Shown here: positions 1 through 12,692 of the stretch, one piece after another
Layout: every line of letters starts with the position of its first letter
How positions within the stretch are numbered: position 1 is the first letter of the stretch
Origin: Chiloscyllium plagiosum
Taxonomy: Eukaryota
Direction: 5' to 3'
Assembly: GCF_004010195.1 (NCBI RefSeq)
Contig: NC_057718.1
Coordinates: 8,538,494-8,602,493 of the forward strand
Length of the DNA: 64,000 nt
Position numbers and translations under genes: made by a program
The notes under the pieces: model-generated
Seen by the model: only the letters and a program-made list of their open reading frames with translations
Told to the model about the DNA's origin: nothing
Databases searched by the model: none

Positions 1-617
1 TTCTTCCTCTTGACTAGATGTTCCACATCCCTTAGCACCAAGGTTCTTTCACCCTACCATCCCTTCCTTGCCTCAGTGGGACAAACCTATCCAGCACTCA
101 CAGCAGGTGCTCGCTAAACAACCTCCACATTTCTGTCGTGCATTTCTCTAAGAACATCTGTTCCCAATTTCGGATCGCCATTTCCTGCCTAATAGCATTT
201 TAATTCCCCTCCCCCAACTAAAAACTTTCCTATACCGTCTGCTCCTATCCCTCTCCATCAGTATAGTAAAGGTCAGGGAATTGTGATCACTATCATTGTA
301 ATGCTCTCCCACCAAGAGATCTAACACCTGGCCTGGTTCGTTGCCAAGCACCAAATCCAATATGGCCTCCACTTTAGTCAGCCTATCTGCATATTGAGTC
401 AAGAACCCTTCCTGGACACACCTGGCAAAAGCTGATCCATCCAAACTATTTGAACTAAGGAAGTTCCAATCAATATTAGGGAAGTTAAAGCCACCCATAA
501 CAACAACCCTGTTACTTCTGCACCCTCCCAAAATCTGCCATCCAATCTGTCTCTGTTGCTGTTGGGTGGTCTGTAGAAAACTACCAATAAAATGACTGCA
601 CCTTTCCTGTTACTGAC
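1..617 (-). mobile_element. CR1 LINE ORF2 fragment (APE endonuclease and downstream linker), decayed
   Basis: ORF 148-531 reads VVVMGGFNFPNIDW...FLTQY...AILDLVLGNEPGQV...SDHNSLTF, which are CR1 endonuclease motifs. Confidence 0.9.
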
Positions 618-650
618 CTAGCTTAGCCTAGTAATCCTGAAGCCCGCACT

Positions 651-962
651 AATCATAGAACCCCTATAGTGTGGAAGCAGGCCATTCGGCCCACTGAATC
701 CATACCAATCCTCCAAAGCGCTTCCCACCCAGACCTTAACATCTACATTTCCCACTGCTAACCTCCTCTCCCGCCCCCAACCAACACTCCACCTAACCTG
801 CACATCTTTGCACTGTGGGAGGGAACTGGAGCACCAGAGGAAATCCACGCAGACACGGGGAGAATGTGCAAATTCCACACAGACAGTCCCCCAAGGGATT
901 TGAACCCAGATTTTTGGCACTGTGAGGCAGCAATGCTAACCACTGAGCCACTGTGCTATCCC
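651..962 (-). mobile_element. HE1-like tRNA-derived SINE
   Basis: The reverse strand has the head GTGGCTCAGTGGTTAGCATTGCTGCCTCACAGTGCC..GGTTCAAATCC, the shared body, and a CR1-like tail. Confidence 0.85.
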
Positions 963-1069
963 ATCCAGCGATATAGGCTTAAACCCTAGCACTGTAGCTG
1001 CGGAAAATTTGAATTCAATAAATATGTCAGAAGCACATGAGCGTGAATTGCTAACCCATTCTTCTTGAG

Positions 1070-2080
1070 TTTGGGTCCATTACGTAGATGACACCTCTGT
1101 CATCACAAAACGAAACAAATTAGAGGAAACCTACAACATCATCAACAATATCCTAACTGCATAAAATTCATAAAAGAGGAGAACAACAACAGACTGAACG
1201 AAAAGCCAATGGAGAGCTGCAGACCTGCATCTACAGGAAAGCAACATACACAGACCAGATACTCAACTACAGGAGCAATCATCCCAACTTCCACAAACAG
1301 AGCTGCATTAGGACATTATTTAAACAGGCCACAACACACTGCAGCACCCAGGAACAAGAGTACCAGAAGAAAAATACCTATACAGCGCATTCAATAAGAG
1401 CAGGCCCCAATAAACACAGTCCGTCGATTCCTAAACAACAAACCCAAACGAGCAGACACAATGTGCCCAGGGACTGTAGCCACATTACCTTACAGCAAAG
1501 ACATTTCGGAAATGACTACCAGACTACTCCAACCCCCTTGGCATCATGGTAGCCCACAAACCTACCAACACACTTAAACAGCAGCTGATGAACCTAAAGG
1601 ACCCTATATCAACAATCAGAAAAACTAACGTCTTTTACAAAATACCAGGCAAGAACTGTAACACACACTACATCAGACAGACAGGCAAAACACGAGCCAC
1701 CAGGATACATGAACATCAACTAGCCACCAAAAGACATGACCAGTTATCACTAGTATCCATACATACAGACGAAGAAGAACAGCACTTCAACTGGGACAAC
1801 CACCCTGGGACAGGCTAAACAGAGACGAGCATGGGAATTCCTAGATGCTTGGCATTCAAACCGGAACTCCATTAATAAACACATTGATTTACACCCCATT
1901 TACCAATCTCTGAGAAAAAGAACCAGAAATGATATCACCCACCACAACAGAGCAAGACACATAAATAGCAAGCGGTACAGAACACCAGCGCTTCACTGCA
2001 GGCTCACTGATGATGGTACCTAGCATGGTGACAAAATATCTGAAAACAAACTTTCCAGCTCAGCAAGCAAACTTATAACC
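1070..2080 (+). mobile_element. Penelope-like element (Poseidon-type): RT C-terminal part, GIY-YIG endonuclease and 3' end, decayed
   Basis: WVHYVDDT RT motif at ~1073. ORF 1546-1818 NVFYKIP..C..HYIRQTGKTRATRIHEH is GIY-YIG-like. A degenerate hammerhead CTGATGA..AAAA..TC lies at ~2007-2043. Confidence 0.9.
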
Positions 2081-2240
2081 TCATAATGAGATATTAATGC
2101 ATGTCAATTTATGTAAATAGATCACTTGCTGCTCACAACCGGGAATCTCGTCTCACCGCTCAGCACATGTTTGAAAATGGGACATTTTATCTTGACATTA
2201 AGAATCGTATTACTTATGATCTCTTGTGTTCCTCTGCCTC

Positions 2241-2370
2241 TTCTCAGTAATGCCCCTCCTCAGTAATCCCGCCTTCTCAGTAATGCCCCTCCTCAGTAAT
2301 CCCGCCTTCTCAGTAATGCCCCTTCTCAGTAATCCCTCCTTCTCAGTAATGCCCCTCCTCAGTAATGCCC
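2241..2370. repeat. Minisatellite: 8 copies of a CTCAGTAAT core in alternating 16/17-bp units (33-bp dimer)
   Basis: TTCTCAGTAATGCCCCTCCTCAGTAATCCCGCC repeated; it explains the FSVMPLLSNPA repeat in ORF 2226-2504. Confidence 0.95.
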
Positions 2371-2549
2371 ATGGTGCTCAGTGGCAGGGAAAATGCAACT
2401 TATTGTGTTGCCCTTGTGCTTGGAGTGGGAAACCTCTCCAGACGTTGACATGCTCTCGTACAAACCCTGCCTTCCCCTTCTCAAGGACCAGTCTCACTCT
2501 ATGACAATATTGTGTCTGTTTCTCTGGTAATGTAACTGCCCAGGATGAC

Positions 2550-2865
2550 TTGGTGGCTCAGTGCTTAGCAGTCGTGCCTCAGAGCACCAGGGACCTGGGT
2601 TCCATTCCAGCCTCAGGCGATTGCCTGTGTGGAGTTTGCACATTCTCGCCGTCTCTGCGTAGGTTTCCTCCCACAGTCTAAATATGTGCAGGTTAGGTGA
2701 ATTAGCTGTGCTAAAATGCCCATAATGTTTAAGGGTGTGTAGGTTGGGTGCAGTAGTCAGAAAAAATGTAATGAAATGGATCTGGGTGGGATAGTCTTCG
2801 GAGGGTAGGTGTAGACCTGTTGGGCCGAAGGGCCTGTTTCCACACTGTAAGGATTCCAATTCTAA
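2550..2865 (+). mobile_element. HE1-like SINE
   Basis: TGGCTCAGTG A-box and GGTTCCATTCC B-box-like; tail GGGCCGAAGGGCCTGTTTCCACACTGTA. Confidence 0.85.
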
Positions 2866-2956
2866 TTACCCTTTTGGAAGTTGTTAGATGTCGACTCGAG
2901 GGGTTGGTGGTGGGGGAAGGTGACTGGTGAGAAGTCAATTGGCTCACATGTAGCTT

Positions 2957-3179
2957 AGGAGAAAGTGAGGGCTGCAGATGCTGGGGATCAGAGCTTAAAA
3001 ATGTGTTGCTAGAAAAGCGCAGCAGGTCAGGCAGCATCAAAGGAGCAGGAGAATCGACATTTCGGGCATAAGCCCTTCTTCAGGAAACTGAAGAGGGGTT
3101 ATGCCTGAAACGTCGATTCTCCTTCTCCTTTGATGCTGCCTGACCTGCTGCGCTTTTCCAGCAACACATTTTTAAGCTC
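2957..3179. mobile_element. Head-to-head inverted pair of Penelope-like (Neptune-type) 3' ends
   Basis: GAGCTTAAAAATGTGTTGC...TTCAG and its reverse complement CTGAAG...ACACATTTTTAAGCTC; flanked by the direct repeat GCTCACATGT(A/G)GCTTAG. Confidence 0.85.
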
Positions 3180-3487
3180 ACATGTGGCTTAGACAACACC
3201 AACAGTGCTGGCTTGATCCTCATTCTGACGATGGTGGACTTGGGATCTGCCTCCTTGCCCTTGTGTCTTTGAGAGTGGCAGGCAGTGGTAGCTTGCCAAG
3301 AAAACAGCTCAAGATGAAGCATGAACACACCATAAGCCTTCAGCCTGAGAACATATAAGTGAATAATTCTATTGCTTGCCTGTCTATCTTTCAGGTTAAT
3401 TCTCTGTCTGTTGTTCCCTCTAACTACTTTTAACCTCTATGTTCTATCTGTAATTCTATATGACTATCTCTATCTGTCCATCCAACT

Positions 3488-3526
3488 GTCCGTCCATCCA
3501 TCCATCCATCCATCCATCCTTCCATC
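3488..3526. repeat. (CCAT)n microsatellite
   Basis: ccatccatccatcc... run. Confidence 0.9.
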
Positions 3527-3561
3527 AACGTTTTTATCTCTATTTATTATTATCTCTATTG

Positions 3562-3870
3562 TGGGCGGCGCGGTGGCACGGTGGTTAGCACTGCTGCCTC
3601 ACAGCGCCAGAGACCTGGGTTTCAATTCCTGCCTCAGGAGACTGACTGTGTGGAGTTTTTGCACGTTCTCCCCGTGTCTGCGTGGGTTTCCTCCGGGTGC
3701 TCCGGTTTCCTCTCACAGTCCAAAGATGTGCAGGTCAGGTGAATTGGCCGTGCTAAATTGCCCGTAGTGTTAGGTTAGGGGTATGGGTGGGTTACGCTTC
3801 GGCGGGTCGGTGTGGACTTGTTGGGCCGAAGGGCCTGTTTCCACGCTGTAATGTAACCTAAAATCTAATC
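3562..3870 (+). mobile_element. HE1-like SINE, young full-length copy
   Basis: A-box TGGCACGGTGG 3574-3584, B-box-like GGGTTTCAATTCC 3617-3629, CpG-rich body, CR1-like tail. Confidence 0.9.
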
Positions 3871-3984
3871 TTATAATTACCTATCTGTACTTTAAGCTTT
3901 TTACCCTTATATCTATTTACATCCAGATCATCCCCCTACTTTCCTTCCTACTTCTGTTGCTGTCAAGCTGTCAATACCCCTCTC

Positions 3985-4162
3985 ATTCACTGGGTCAATA
4001 TCCTGAATTCCCTCCCTAATACCATTGTGGGTCCACCTCCAGCTTATAGACTGCAGTGGTTCAAGAAGGCAGCTCAGCCCCATCCTTCTCAAGGGCAACT
4101 AAGGACAGACAATAAATGCTGGCCATCCAGCAACGCTCACTCCTACAAATGAATAAAATAAA
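3985..4162 (+). mobile_element. 3' end of a second Jockey-group (CR1/L2-related) LINE family
   Basis: GGGTCAA..CCTG.ATTCCCTCCCTAA...GGTTCAAGAAGGCAGCTCA...AATAAATGCTGGCC...AATGAATAAAA; the same tail recurs at ~29.0, 34.4, 43.3, 45.1 and 60.7 kb. Confidence 0.7.
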
Positions 4163-4873
4163 ACATTCTGCTTTCAAGGACCGCATTCCTAATAACACTA
4201 CTATGTTACGTTTTATATTTCAGCATTAGTCATCCTTTTTCTACCCAGAAACTCATCTGAAACCTTACATTTTCCAAATCCTTTAGATGAGGAGCAGTAA
4301 ACATTTAAACATCGGGCATTAAAAGCCTCTCAGTCAAAGCGTATTTCAGAATCTTCAATATGGATTGATGGATCTTTTAGGGACATGTTAGATTAAAACA
4401 CCCCACCAGACAGTTGATGCTGAAGTAAGATTGGCACTCTTGTAAAGTTTTGTTGGCCTTTAGCCTCAAGCAAGTTTAAACTGATGCATCCAATGCTGTC
4501 ATGTTGAGGACTCCAATCTGCAATATACTCTTTCAAATGGCAATAAATTTTGTCGATGGCTACATATTTTCATATGTCTGTCAGGTTGCTGTAAATCCTC
4601 ACCTTCACTGCTCCCCCAAGGCAGTTTAAAGTTGGCAGTTTAAATGATTCTGTCATTATGCACCTTACTTATGGTTTTCCCATCTATTTATGAACAAAGC
4701 AGATACCTGTGCGAAAGACCTGAGGTCTGTACCAGTCTGTAACAGTAATCTTCTATCACAGGTGACAATGTTCTGTAATGACATCACCAGTCACTGACCA
4801 ACTGGAGCTGTTCACTATAGGCATTGACCTTGACACCTGCTAGCAGTACATTAGACGTAATGAACCCAATTAT

Positions 4874-5005
4874 GATTCCTGAAGAAGGGCTTATGCCCGA
4901 AACGTCGATTCTCCTGTTCCCTGGATGCTGCCTGACCTGCTGCGCGCTTCCAGCAACACATTTCCAGCTCTGATCTCCAGCATCTGCAGACCTCACTTTC
5001 TCCTC
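4874..5005 (+). mobile_element. Penelope-like 3' end with minimal hammerhead motif and 15-bp TSD
   Basis: CTGAAGA-a-GGGC-ttat-GCCC-GAAA-cg-TC at 4879-4906; CGTAATGAACCCAAT at 4856-4870 and 5006-5020. Confidence 0.85.
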
Positions 5006-5119
5006 CGTAATGAACCCAATGCCATCAGTACCTTGTAAATCTCACATATCACATTTTAGACTGGCCTGGCATAACAAAGCCAGGGGCTAGGCTGAGACCT
5101 CCCAGTGGATCCACTATCA

Positions 5120-5380
5120 ATTATGGTTCAGTGGATCGAGCTCTCACCTCTGGACCAGGCATGTTTGGGTTCAGATCCCATTCATGAGGATCTCAGCCTA
5201 TAACCCAGGTTAACATATGGATGCAGTGCTGAGGGAATGCTGCACTGTCAGAGCCGGAATTTTCCAGAGGAGATGTTGAACCACAGAGCCATCAGTTCCC
5301 TGTGGAAGACATAAAGGCACACGGATCCCATTTCCTGAGAAAGGGATCACATTCATTGAAGTCTTGGATTAATATCTGAA
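5120..5380 (+). mobile_element. Old Deu-domain SINE (DeuSINE/SacSINE1-like)
   Basis: tRNA-like head followed by GCAGTGCTGAGGGAATGCTGCACTGTCAGAG..GAGATGTTGAACC, resembling the Deu core. Confidence 0.65.
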
Positions 5381-5930
5381 AGAGAGCAGTCCATCAAAAC
5401 GTGACAATGAAGACTATCTTTCTGTGGGGAGGTAACTCTCTTTTGTTAGCCTTCCTGGAGGTCATTATCCTCTAGTTCCTGAATAAGATTCCTTCAAATC
5501 CAGAGAAAAGCAAAGGCTGGGCCCTCCCCACACCCATCTGGGACTGGGCTCTATCCTCATACTTGACCTTACAGTAGGAAGTCCCTTCTGCTCTGTGAGA
5601 CTTCCACCAGAGATGTCTTACCAGGAAAGTGGAGTATTCAGGGCAATTCAGCTTCTACAAAGGAGCTTTCGAAAATGGGAGCTGTGACCCTGAGTGGAAT
5701 TTCAAGCTGAAATTTTGGTGTTTGAGCTCTGAAGCAGCAATGGCTTCCATTGGTGTCTGATTTTTCATTCTCATACTCCTACTATTGTTACCCTCCACTC
5801 CACCAGCCACCACCACCTGCCTTCCCCAGAGACTAACTTCCTGTCCTACTACACAACTCTTACTGAGGGATCATGACAATTTTCAAGCTTCAAGATGAGG
5901 TCAAAGTTGAAAAGCTCTGCCCTAATATAA

Positions 5931-6258
5931 ATCGTAGAATCCCTGCAGTACAGAAAGAGGCCATTCAACCCAGCAAGTGTGCACCAACTCTCCGAAAAGC
6001 ATCCCACCCAGACCCAAGCCCGTATTTTCACATTTCCCATGGCTAACCCACCTAGCCTCCACATCCCTCGGCACCACAAACAACTTAGTATGGCCAATCC
6101 CACTTAATGCAAATCTTTGTGGGAGGAAACCAGAGCACCCAGAGGAAACCCACGCAGACATGGGGAGAATGAACAACTCCATACAGTTGCCCAAGGGTGG
6201 AATCAAACCTGGGTCCCTGTGAGGCAGCAGTGCTGATCACTGAGCCAGTATGCCACCC
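5931..6258 (-). mobile_element. HE1-like SINE
   Basis: Same family as 3562-3870, on the reverse strand. Confidence 0.85.
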
Positions 6259-6399
6259 ACAGAAATTGTCGGTCAATCAGGTTATTTCTGAGATCCATTC
6301 TAAATTAATAAAATAAAATGGCTGTCACTTCCTAAGCACTGAAGAACTAAAACACCTTATTATTGATTTGATTTCTCCTTAACTCTCTTCTTAGCTTTC

Positions 6400-6790
6400 T
6401 GCCTCTTAGCCCATATCTATGCCTGTTAGTTATTTACCACTCAACACATGGATTAAATGCCTTCTTATGCCGACCTTATTTAAGCCCGTTAAAATCTTAT
6501 ACACCTCTTTCAGAGCCCCTCTCAATATTTGCTGCTCCAAAGTAAATAACAACAGCCTACCATCACAGCTCAGACTCTCCAACCCAGGCAGTATTCTGAT
6601 AAATCTCCCCTGCACTGTTGCTAGTGAAATGACATCCTTCCTATAATGTGGTGACCAGAACTGTGCACAATGCTCCAGTGTTTAATACAGTTCCAGCAAA
6701 ACCTCCTTGCTCTTGTATGCCCTGGTTAATAAAGACAACATTCCATATTTCTTTTCAATTATCTTGACCTGTTGACCTGACCGATACTTT
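6400..6790 (-). mobile_element. Old CR1 LINE 3' ORF2 fragment
   Basis: QGRFIRILPGL...LEQQILRGALKEVYKIL (ORF 6430-6615). Confidence 0.75.
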
Positions 6791-7754
6791 TCCCTCAATC
6801 AGCATCACAAAATCAAGTCCAAAGATGCCCAGATTAGGTGGATTGGCCATGCTACAGTGTCCAGTGTGCAGGCTAGGTAGATTAGCCATGGGAAATGCAG
6901 GGTTACAGGGATAGGATAGTGGGCTGGGTGGGATGCTCTTTGGAGAATCAGTGTGGACTCGATAGTGGGAAGGCAACTGGCATTTTAGCTACACTACTTG
7001 AAAGGAAGCTAACTCAACAAATTTGGATATCTTCCTGCATTTGTTTCCTGCATCTTTGCCAATCAGCTGTGAAGGAATCTATAATCAGAGATTATCCTTG
7101 CACCGTCAGGTTCCTTTTCAAGACCTCCATGAGAGAATTTGAAAGAAATTGCTGTTCTAGGAAGACTTCTGAAACTGTCAGCTCAGTTCAAATGATTCAG
7201 CGGCTCACTATGCTCACCCTATAATAGCTTTCCTCTGTTTGTTGCTTCAGTGAATTCATTCGGATTATAAATAAATCATCTCACCTATAATAATAGACCT
7301 AATGGTGTTATATTTTCTGTTTGAATTGAGATCAAGTGCAGCACACTTTGTCTCTACTTTTCAACTCATCGACACATCACTGTGAGAACTTTTCTCTTCC
7401 ACTATGCCTTTTGTTTTCTCCACTCATCAAGATCCCTCTGGTTCCCTTCAGTTATTACTCCTCATATTTGTTTTTATAAGATCGCAATTGCTGGCAAAAC
7501 TGGACAAGTTCGACCCCAGAGCAAAACCTGGATTGAAAAACTATAAGTTTAATTCTTGTAGTTTGTTAATCATGATGGTCAGACGCTGAGCATATTCACA
7601 TAGGGTGCCAAAGTAGCTTCAACAGAAGGACAGAAGTTTATTACACAAGAGGAAAAAAAAACCAAACTGTGTAAATATGATAGTTTAAAAGGATCTTAGC
7701 ATGAACAATAAAAATAAAGATTCAATCATTTTCCCAATAATGTTCTTCAAGATA

Positions 7755-8225
7755 GGAGAAAGTGAGGACTGCACATGCTGGAGATCAGAGCTTAAAAATG
7801 TGTTGCTGGAAAAGCGCAGCAGGTCAGGCAGCATCCAAGGAGCAGGAGAATCGACGTTTCTGGCATAAGCCCTTCTTCAGGAATGAGGAGGGTGTGCCAA
7901 GCAGGCTAAGATAAAAGGTAGGGAGGAGGGACTTGGGGGAGGGGCGTNNNNNNNNNNNNNNNNNNNNNNNNNNNNNNNNNNNNNNNNNNNNNNNNNNNNN
8001 NNNNNNNNNNNNNNNNNNNNNNNNNNNNNNNNNNNNNNNNNNNNNNNNNNNNNNNNNNNNNNNNNNNNNNNNNNNNNNNNNNNNNNNNNNNNNNNNNNNN
8101 NNNNNNNNNNNNNNNNNNNNNNNNGAGGGAAGTAAGGGGGGAGGTGTGGGCGCAAGTTTTGCATTTCTTGTGGTTGCAGGGGAAGGTGCCAGGAGTGGAG
8201 GTTGTGTTGGTGGGGGGGGGGGTGT
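7755..8225 (-). mobile_element. Penelope-like (Neptune-type) element spanning an assembly gap
   Basis: 3' end nearly identical to 35769-35910; N gap 7948-8124. Confidence 0.75.
7948..8124. other. Assembly gap
   Basis: N run. Confidence 1.
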
Positions 8226-8466
8226 CATATTTATTTTATCCCTTGCCATTCTGCTTGGACTGCTGAAAGCACTTCAGACTGCTTTTTAGTTCTGGTTGTG
8301 TGGATACTTCCTTCCAATTCTGACAACTTAGAGATTTTTATCAGCGCTCACAGCCTGGAGACTTCTATAAATTAAACTTTCCAGTATGGAGAGTTACATA
8401 AAAACTAAAACAAAATCTGTCCATCTGCGAGCATAACCGCTCTTCTGAACAATTGTGATTGTGGCC

Positions 8467-8597
8467 TAAATAAAAGCAAATTATTGTGGATGCTGGAATT
8501 TGAAACCAAAAGAGAAAATGCTGGAAAATCTCAGCAGGTCTGGCAGCATCTGTAAGGAGAGAAAAGAGCTGACGTTTCGAGTCTAACTGACCCTTTG
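8467..8597 (-). mobile_element. Penelope-like 3' end (second family) with 14-bp TSD
   Basis: Reverse strand AAGGGTC-agtta-GACTC-GAAA-CG-TC; TTGTGATTG(T/C)GGCC at 8453-8466 and 8595-8608. Confidence 0.75.
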
Positions 8598-8654
8598 TGA
8601 TTGCGGCCCCCGGTCCATCTTTTTATCAAAATAATTCAACTTAGTAAACACTTC

Positions 8655-9012
8655 ATAAGGGACATGGATAGGATGAATAGCCAAAGGCTTTTCCCCAGGT
8701 CAGGGGAATCCAAAACTAGAAACAGAGCTTTACATTGAAAGATGGAAGAATTAAGGGGGACCTAAGGGGCAACTACTTCATGCAGACAGTGGTATGTGTA
8801 TGGAATGAGCTGCCAGATAAAGTGATGGAGGCTGGTACAATTACATTTACAAAGAAACTGGATGGGTACATGAATAGGGAGGGTTTCAAGGGATATAGGT
8901 CAAATGCTGGCAAATAGGACTAGATTAATTTAGGATGTCTGGTCGGCATGGACGAGTTGGACCGAAGACTCTGTTTCCATGCAGTACATCTCTATGACTC
9001 TCTGACTCTATA
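8655..9012 (+). mobile_element. CR1 LINE 3' end
   Basis: DLRGNYFMQTVVCVWNELP ORF2 C-terminus, 3' UTR, and (TATGACTC)-type tail. Confidence 0.9.
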
Positions 9013-9949
9013 ACTCTCCAGGTAGTCATTTAAATTGAGTCACATGCTTACTTTGCACGGTTGCCTGAACTCACTGTTCAAGAAGGTGATGTTTTGACCT
9101 GTTAAAAAAGGACAAGTAACCTTCACAGAACTGAAAACTAAAATCTATTTTACTTTAAATTTCACATTCAAGCTCCCAAGTAATAACAGTGCATTACAAA
9201 ATCTATGTCAGAATTTTGCTTCCTAATATACAAGCAATTGGACATAGTTGAAAGCTTATTTGCCTGGCAATGCATTTCTGGATGGTGAACACTCATGTCA
9301 GTCGGAATGAAAATTGTTTTACCGTACCTGGTTAGCATACTGTGAAGGATGTGTAACATGCCTCGGAAAGTGATTGAGGAATGCTTGAAACTTAGAAGTG
9401 AAGTAAACAACGGCGTATCTCTGTTATATGATCACCTTAGCTTTTAATCAACTGTGTGCTTTTAAAATTATATTTTATCCAGGTTAACCTATTCAAGTGT
9501 GCATCTATTATCCCTTAGAATGTTTTTGACAATCCTACAAATCGTACCCAATATAATACTCATCTGTATGCCTCTTGGCATACATTTTCTGATTAATTGC
9601 TGTTCTAATTAGTCATTAATTGGTTATAAAGCTCATTTCATACAAAGTTAAGGCTTTCAGATTTAGGCTGTTGATTCAGCAGCTTGAGTGGAGCTTGAAA
9701 CTGGATTGTGCCGAGTGCTGTCAGTGATAGGCTCAAGCTTGGGGCTGGATTCTCGAGTTATGTTTGGTGCTGATATTGAAGGTCAGATGAGTCTCAGGGC
9801 CAGGTTGTAAGGCATGGGCTTTTTTAAAGCATTGAAGGTTTAGAAAGAATCTTTACTGATTCCAGTACTGCACAAGAGTCACTGTCAGTACATGTTTATA
9901 TTGCACATATAAATCACTCTAGCTGTGAATCAGTGTTGTGAGTTACATA

Positions 9950-11730
9950 CAGTCATAGAGGTGTACAACATGGGAACAGGCTCTTCGGTCCAACTCATCC
10001 ATGCCAACCAGATATCCTAAATTAATCTACTTCCATTTGCCAGCATTTGGCCCATATCCCTCTAAACCCTTCCTATTCATATACCCATCCTTTTAAATTT
10101 TGCAATTGTACTAACCTCCACCACTTCCTCTGGCAGCTCATTCCATACACGTACCACCCTCTGCATGAAGAAATTGCCACTTAGGTCTCTCTTATATCTT
10201 TCCCCTCTCTTCTTAAACCTTTGCCCTCTAGTTCCGAACTCACCCACCCCAGGGAAAGATCTTGTCTATTAACCCTATCCATGCCCCTCATGATTTTATG
10301 AACCTCTATAAGGTCATCCCTCAGCCTCTGACACTCCAGGGAAAACAGTCCCAGCCTGTTCAGCCTCTCCCTATAGCTCAAATCCTCCAACCCTGGCAAC
10401 ATCCTTGTAAATCTTTTCTGAACCCTTTCAAGTTTCACAACATCCTTCCAATGTTTGGGAGACCAGAATTGTATGCAGTATTCCAAAAGTGGCCTAACCA
10501 ATGTCCTGTACAGCCGCAACATGACCTCCCAACTCCTAGACTCGATGCAATGACCAATAAAGGAAAGCATACCAAACACTTTCTTCACTATCCTATCTAC
10601 TTCCGACTCCACTTTCAAAGAGCTATGAATCTGCACTCCAAGGTCCTTTTGTTCAGCAACACTCCCTAGGGCCTTATCATTGAGTATATAAGTCCTGATA
10701 AGATTTGCTTTTCCAAAATGCAGCACCTCGCATTTGTCTGAATTAAACTCCATCTGCCACTTCTCAGCCCATTAACCCATCTGATCAAGATCCCATTGTA
10801 ACTTGAGGTAACCTTCTTCACTGTCCACTACATCTCCAATTTTGGCATCATCTGCAAACTTACTAAGTATATCTCTGATGCTCACATCCAAAGCATTTAC
10901 ATAAAGGACAAAACATAGTGGACTCAGCACCGATCCTTGTGGCACTCCACTGGTCACAGGCCTCCCGTCTGAAAAACAACTCTCCGCCATCACTCTCTCT
11001 TCTACCTTTGAGCCAGTTGTGTATTCAAATGGCTAGTTCTCCCTGTATTCCATGAGATCTAACCTTGCTAACTAGTCTACCATGTGGAAATTTGCCGAAC
11101 GCCTAACTGAAGTCCATATAGATCATGTCCACCACTCTGCCCTCATCAACCCCCTTCATTACTTCATCAAAAAACTCAATCAACTTCGTGAGACACGATT
11201 TCCCATGCACAAAGCCATGCTGACTATACTAAATCCTTTCCAAATACTTCAGAATTCTCTCCAACAACTTGCCCACCACTGATGTTAGGTTGACCAATCT
11301 ATAGTTCCCTGAATTTTCCTTACCACCTTTTCTAAATAGTGACACCACGTTAGCCAACTTCCAGTCTTCCAACACCTCACCTGTTGCTATCGATGTTACA
11401 AACATCACACCAGAGGCCCAGCAATCACTTCACTAGCATCCTACCGAGTTCTAGGTTACACCTGATCAGGTCTTAAGGATTTATCCATGTTTGTGCATTT
11501 TAAGACATCCAGCTCCTCTTCCTCTCTCATATCGACATTTTTCAAGATGTCTCTGTTTATTTCCCCACGTTCTCTATCCTTTATATCCTTCTCCATAGTA
11601 AACACTGATGCAAAATATTCGTTTAGTATCTCCCCTGTCTCGTGCAGTCCATACCAAGGTGATTTTCCTGATCTTTATGGGGACTGTATTCTCTCCCCAG
11701 TTACCCTTTTGTCCTTAATATATTTGTAGA
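9950..11730 (-). mobile_element. CR1 LINE, 5'-truncated ORF2 (RT) plus 3' UTR
   Basis: VTSGVPQGSVL..FADDAK and MEFNSDKCEVLHFGK...LYRTLVRPLLEYC motifs (ORFs 10772-10993 and 10181-10753). Confidence 0.95.
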
Positions 11731-12085
11731 ATTCCTTTTTGTGTGGATTTTAAAAAAATATGCACTAGCAATGACATAAGAGTCTTGGCATTTTTTTCCA
11801 AGAGTTTTTTTTTGTAAAAGGAAGCATTTAGATGAGTATTTGAAATACCACAGTATATAAAGCCATGGGACCATCTGCTGGAACATGGAATTAGAATAGA
11901 TGGCTGTTTGATGACCAGTATAGATGTGATGGGCCAAAGTGCCTTTACCGATGCTGCAAAACCTCTATGATTCTGAGACAAAGAGAAAAAAATGGGCAGT
12001 TTGACTAGTTTAATTTGGGAATATAGTCAGCATGCACAAGTTGGACCGAAGGGTCTCTCCTCCTCTGCCTACCCCCACTCTCTCT

Positions 12086-12176
12086 NNNNNNNNNNNNNNN
12101 NNNNNNNNNNNNNNNNNNNNNNNNNNNNNNNNNNNNNNNNNNNNNNNNNNNNNNNNNNNNNNNNNNNNNNNNNNNN
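12086..12176. other. Assembly gap
   Basis: N run. Confidence 1.
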
Positions 12177-12451
12177 CCCTCAACACTCTCTCGCCGCTCT
12201 TTCACTCCCCTCTCTCTTTCTCCCTTCTGACATGTTGGAAGCCATCAATCCCAGAACTAAGTGTAATCATGACAGCAGCAGAAACTATCAAGGTGAAAAG
12301 TAACTGCAGCCAAAGCATTACAAAACAATCAAATTAAAAATAATCCGTTTTTAATTTTTCAGTGCTCAAATACTACCAATCTTTGTGTTTTATTGACGGA
12401 CGTTGAAATCTGAAACATTTGAAGCAAGTGTAAAGCAAAATTTATAACAAT

Positions 12452-12692
12452 GGCAGAAGCTGCTGGAAAAGCTCAGCAGGTCTGGCAGCATCTGTGAAGA
12501 GAGATCAGAGTTAACATTTCGAGTGCGGTGACCCTTCCTCAGAAACTCTGTTTCTGTCTTCTGAGGAAGGGTCACCAAACCTGAAACATTAACCCTGATT
12601 TCTCTTCACCGATGTTGCCAGCCCTGCTGAGCTTTTCCAGCAACTTCTGTTTTTTGTTTTTGATTTACAACATCTGCAGTTCTTTCAGTTTT
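12452..12692. mobile_element. Head-to-head inverted pair of Penelope-like 3' ends (CTGAGGA-GGGTC family)
   Basis: CAGAAGCTGCTGGAAAAGCTCAGCAGG...TGACCCTTCCTCAGAA / TTCTGAGGAAGGGTCA...GCTGAGCTTTTCCAGCAACTTCTG. Confidence 0.8.

Noticed and set aside
3562..3640. tRNA gene
   Set aside because: The A/B boxes belong to a SINE head that continues into the SINE body and tail; there is no complete cloverleaf.
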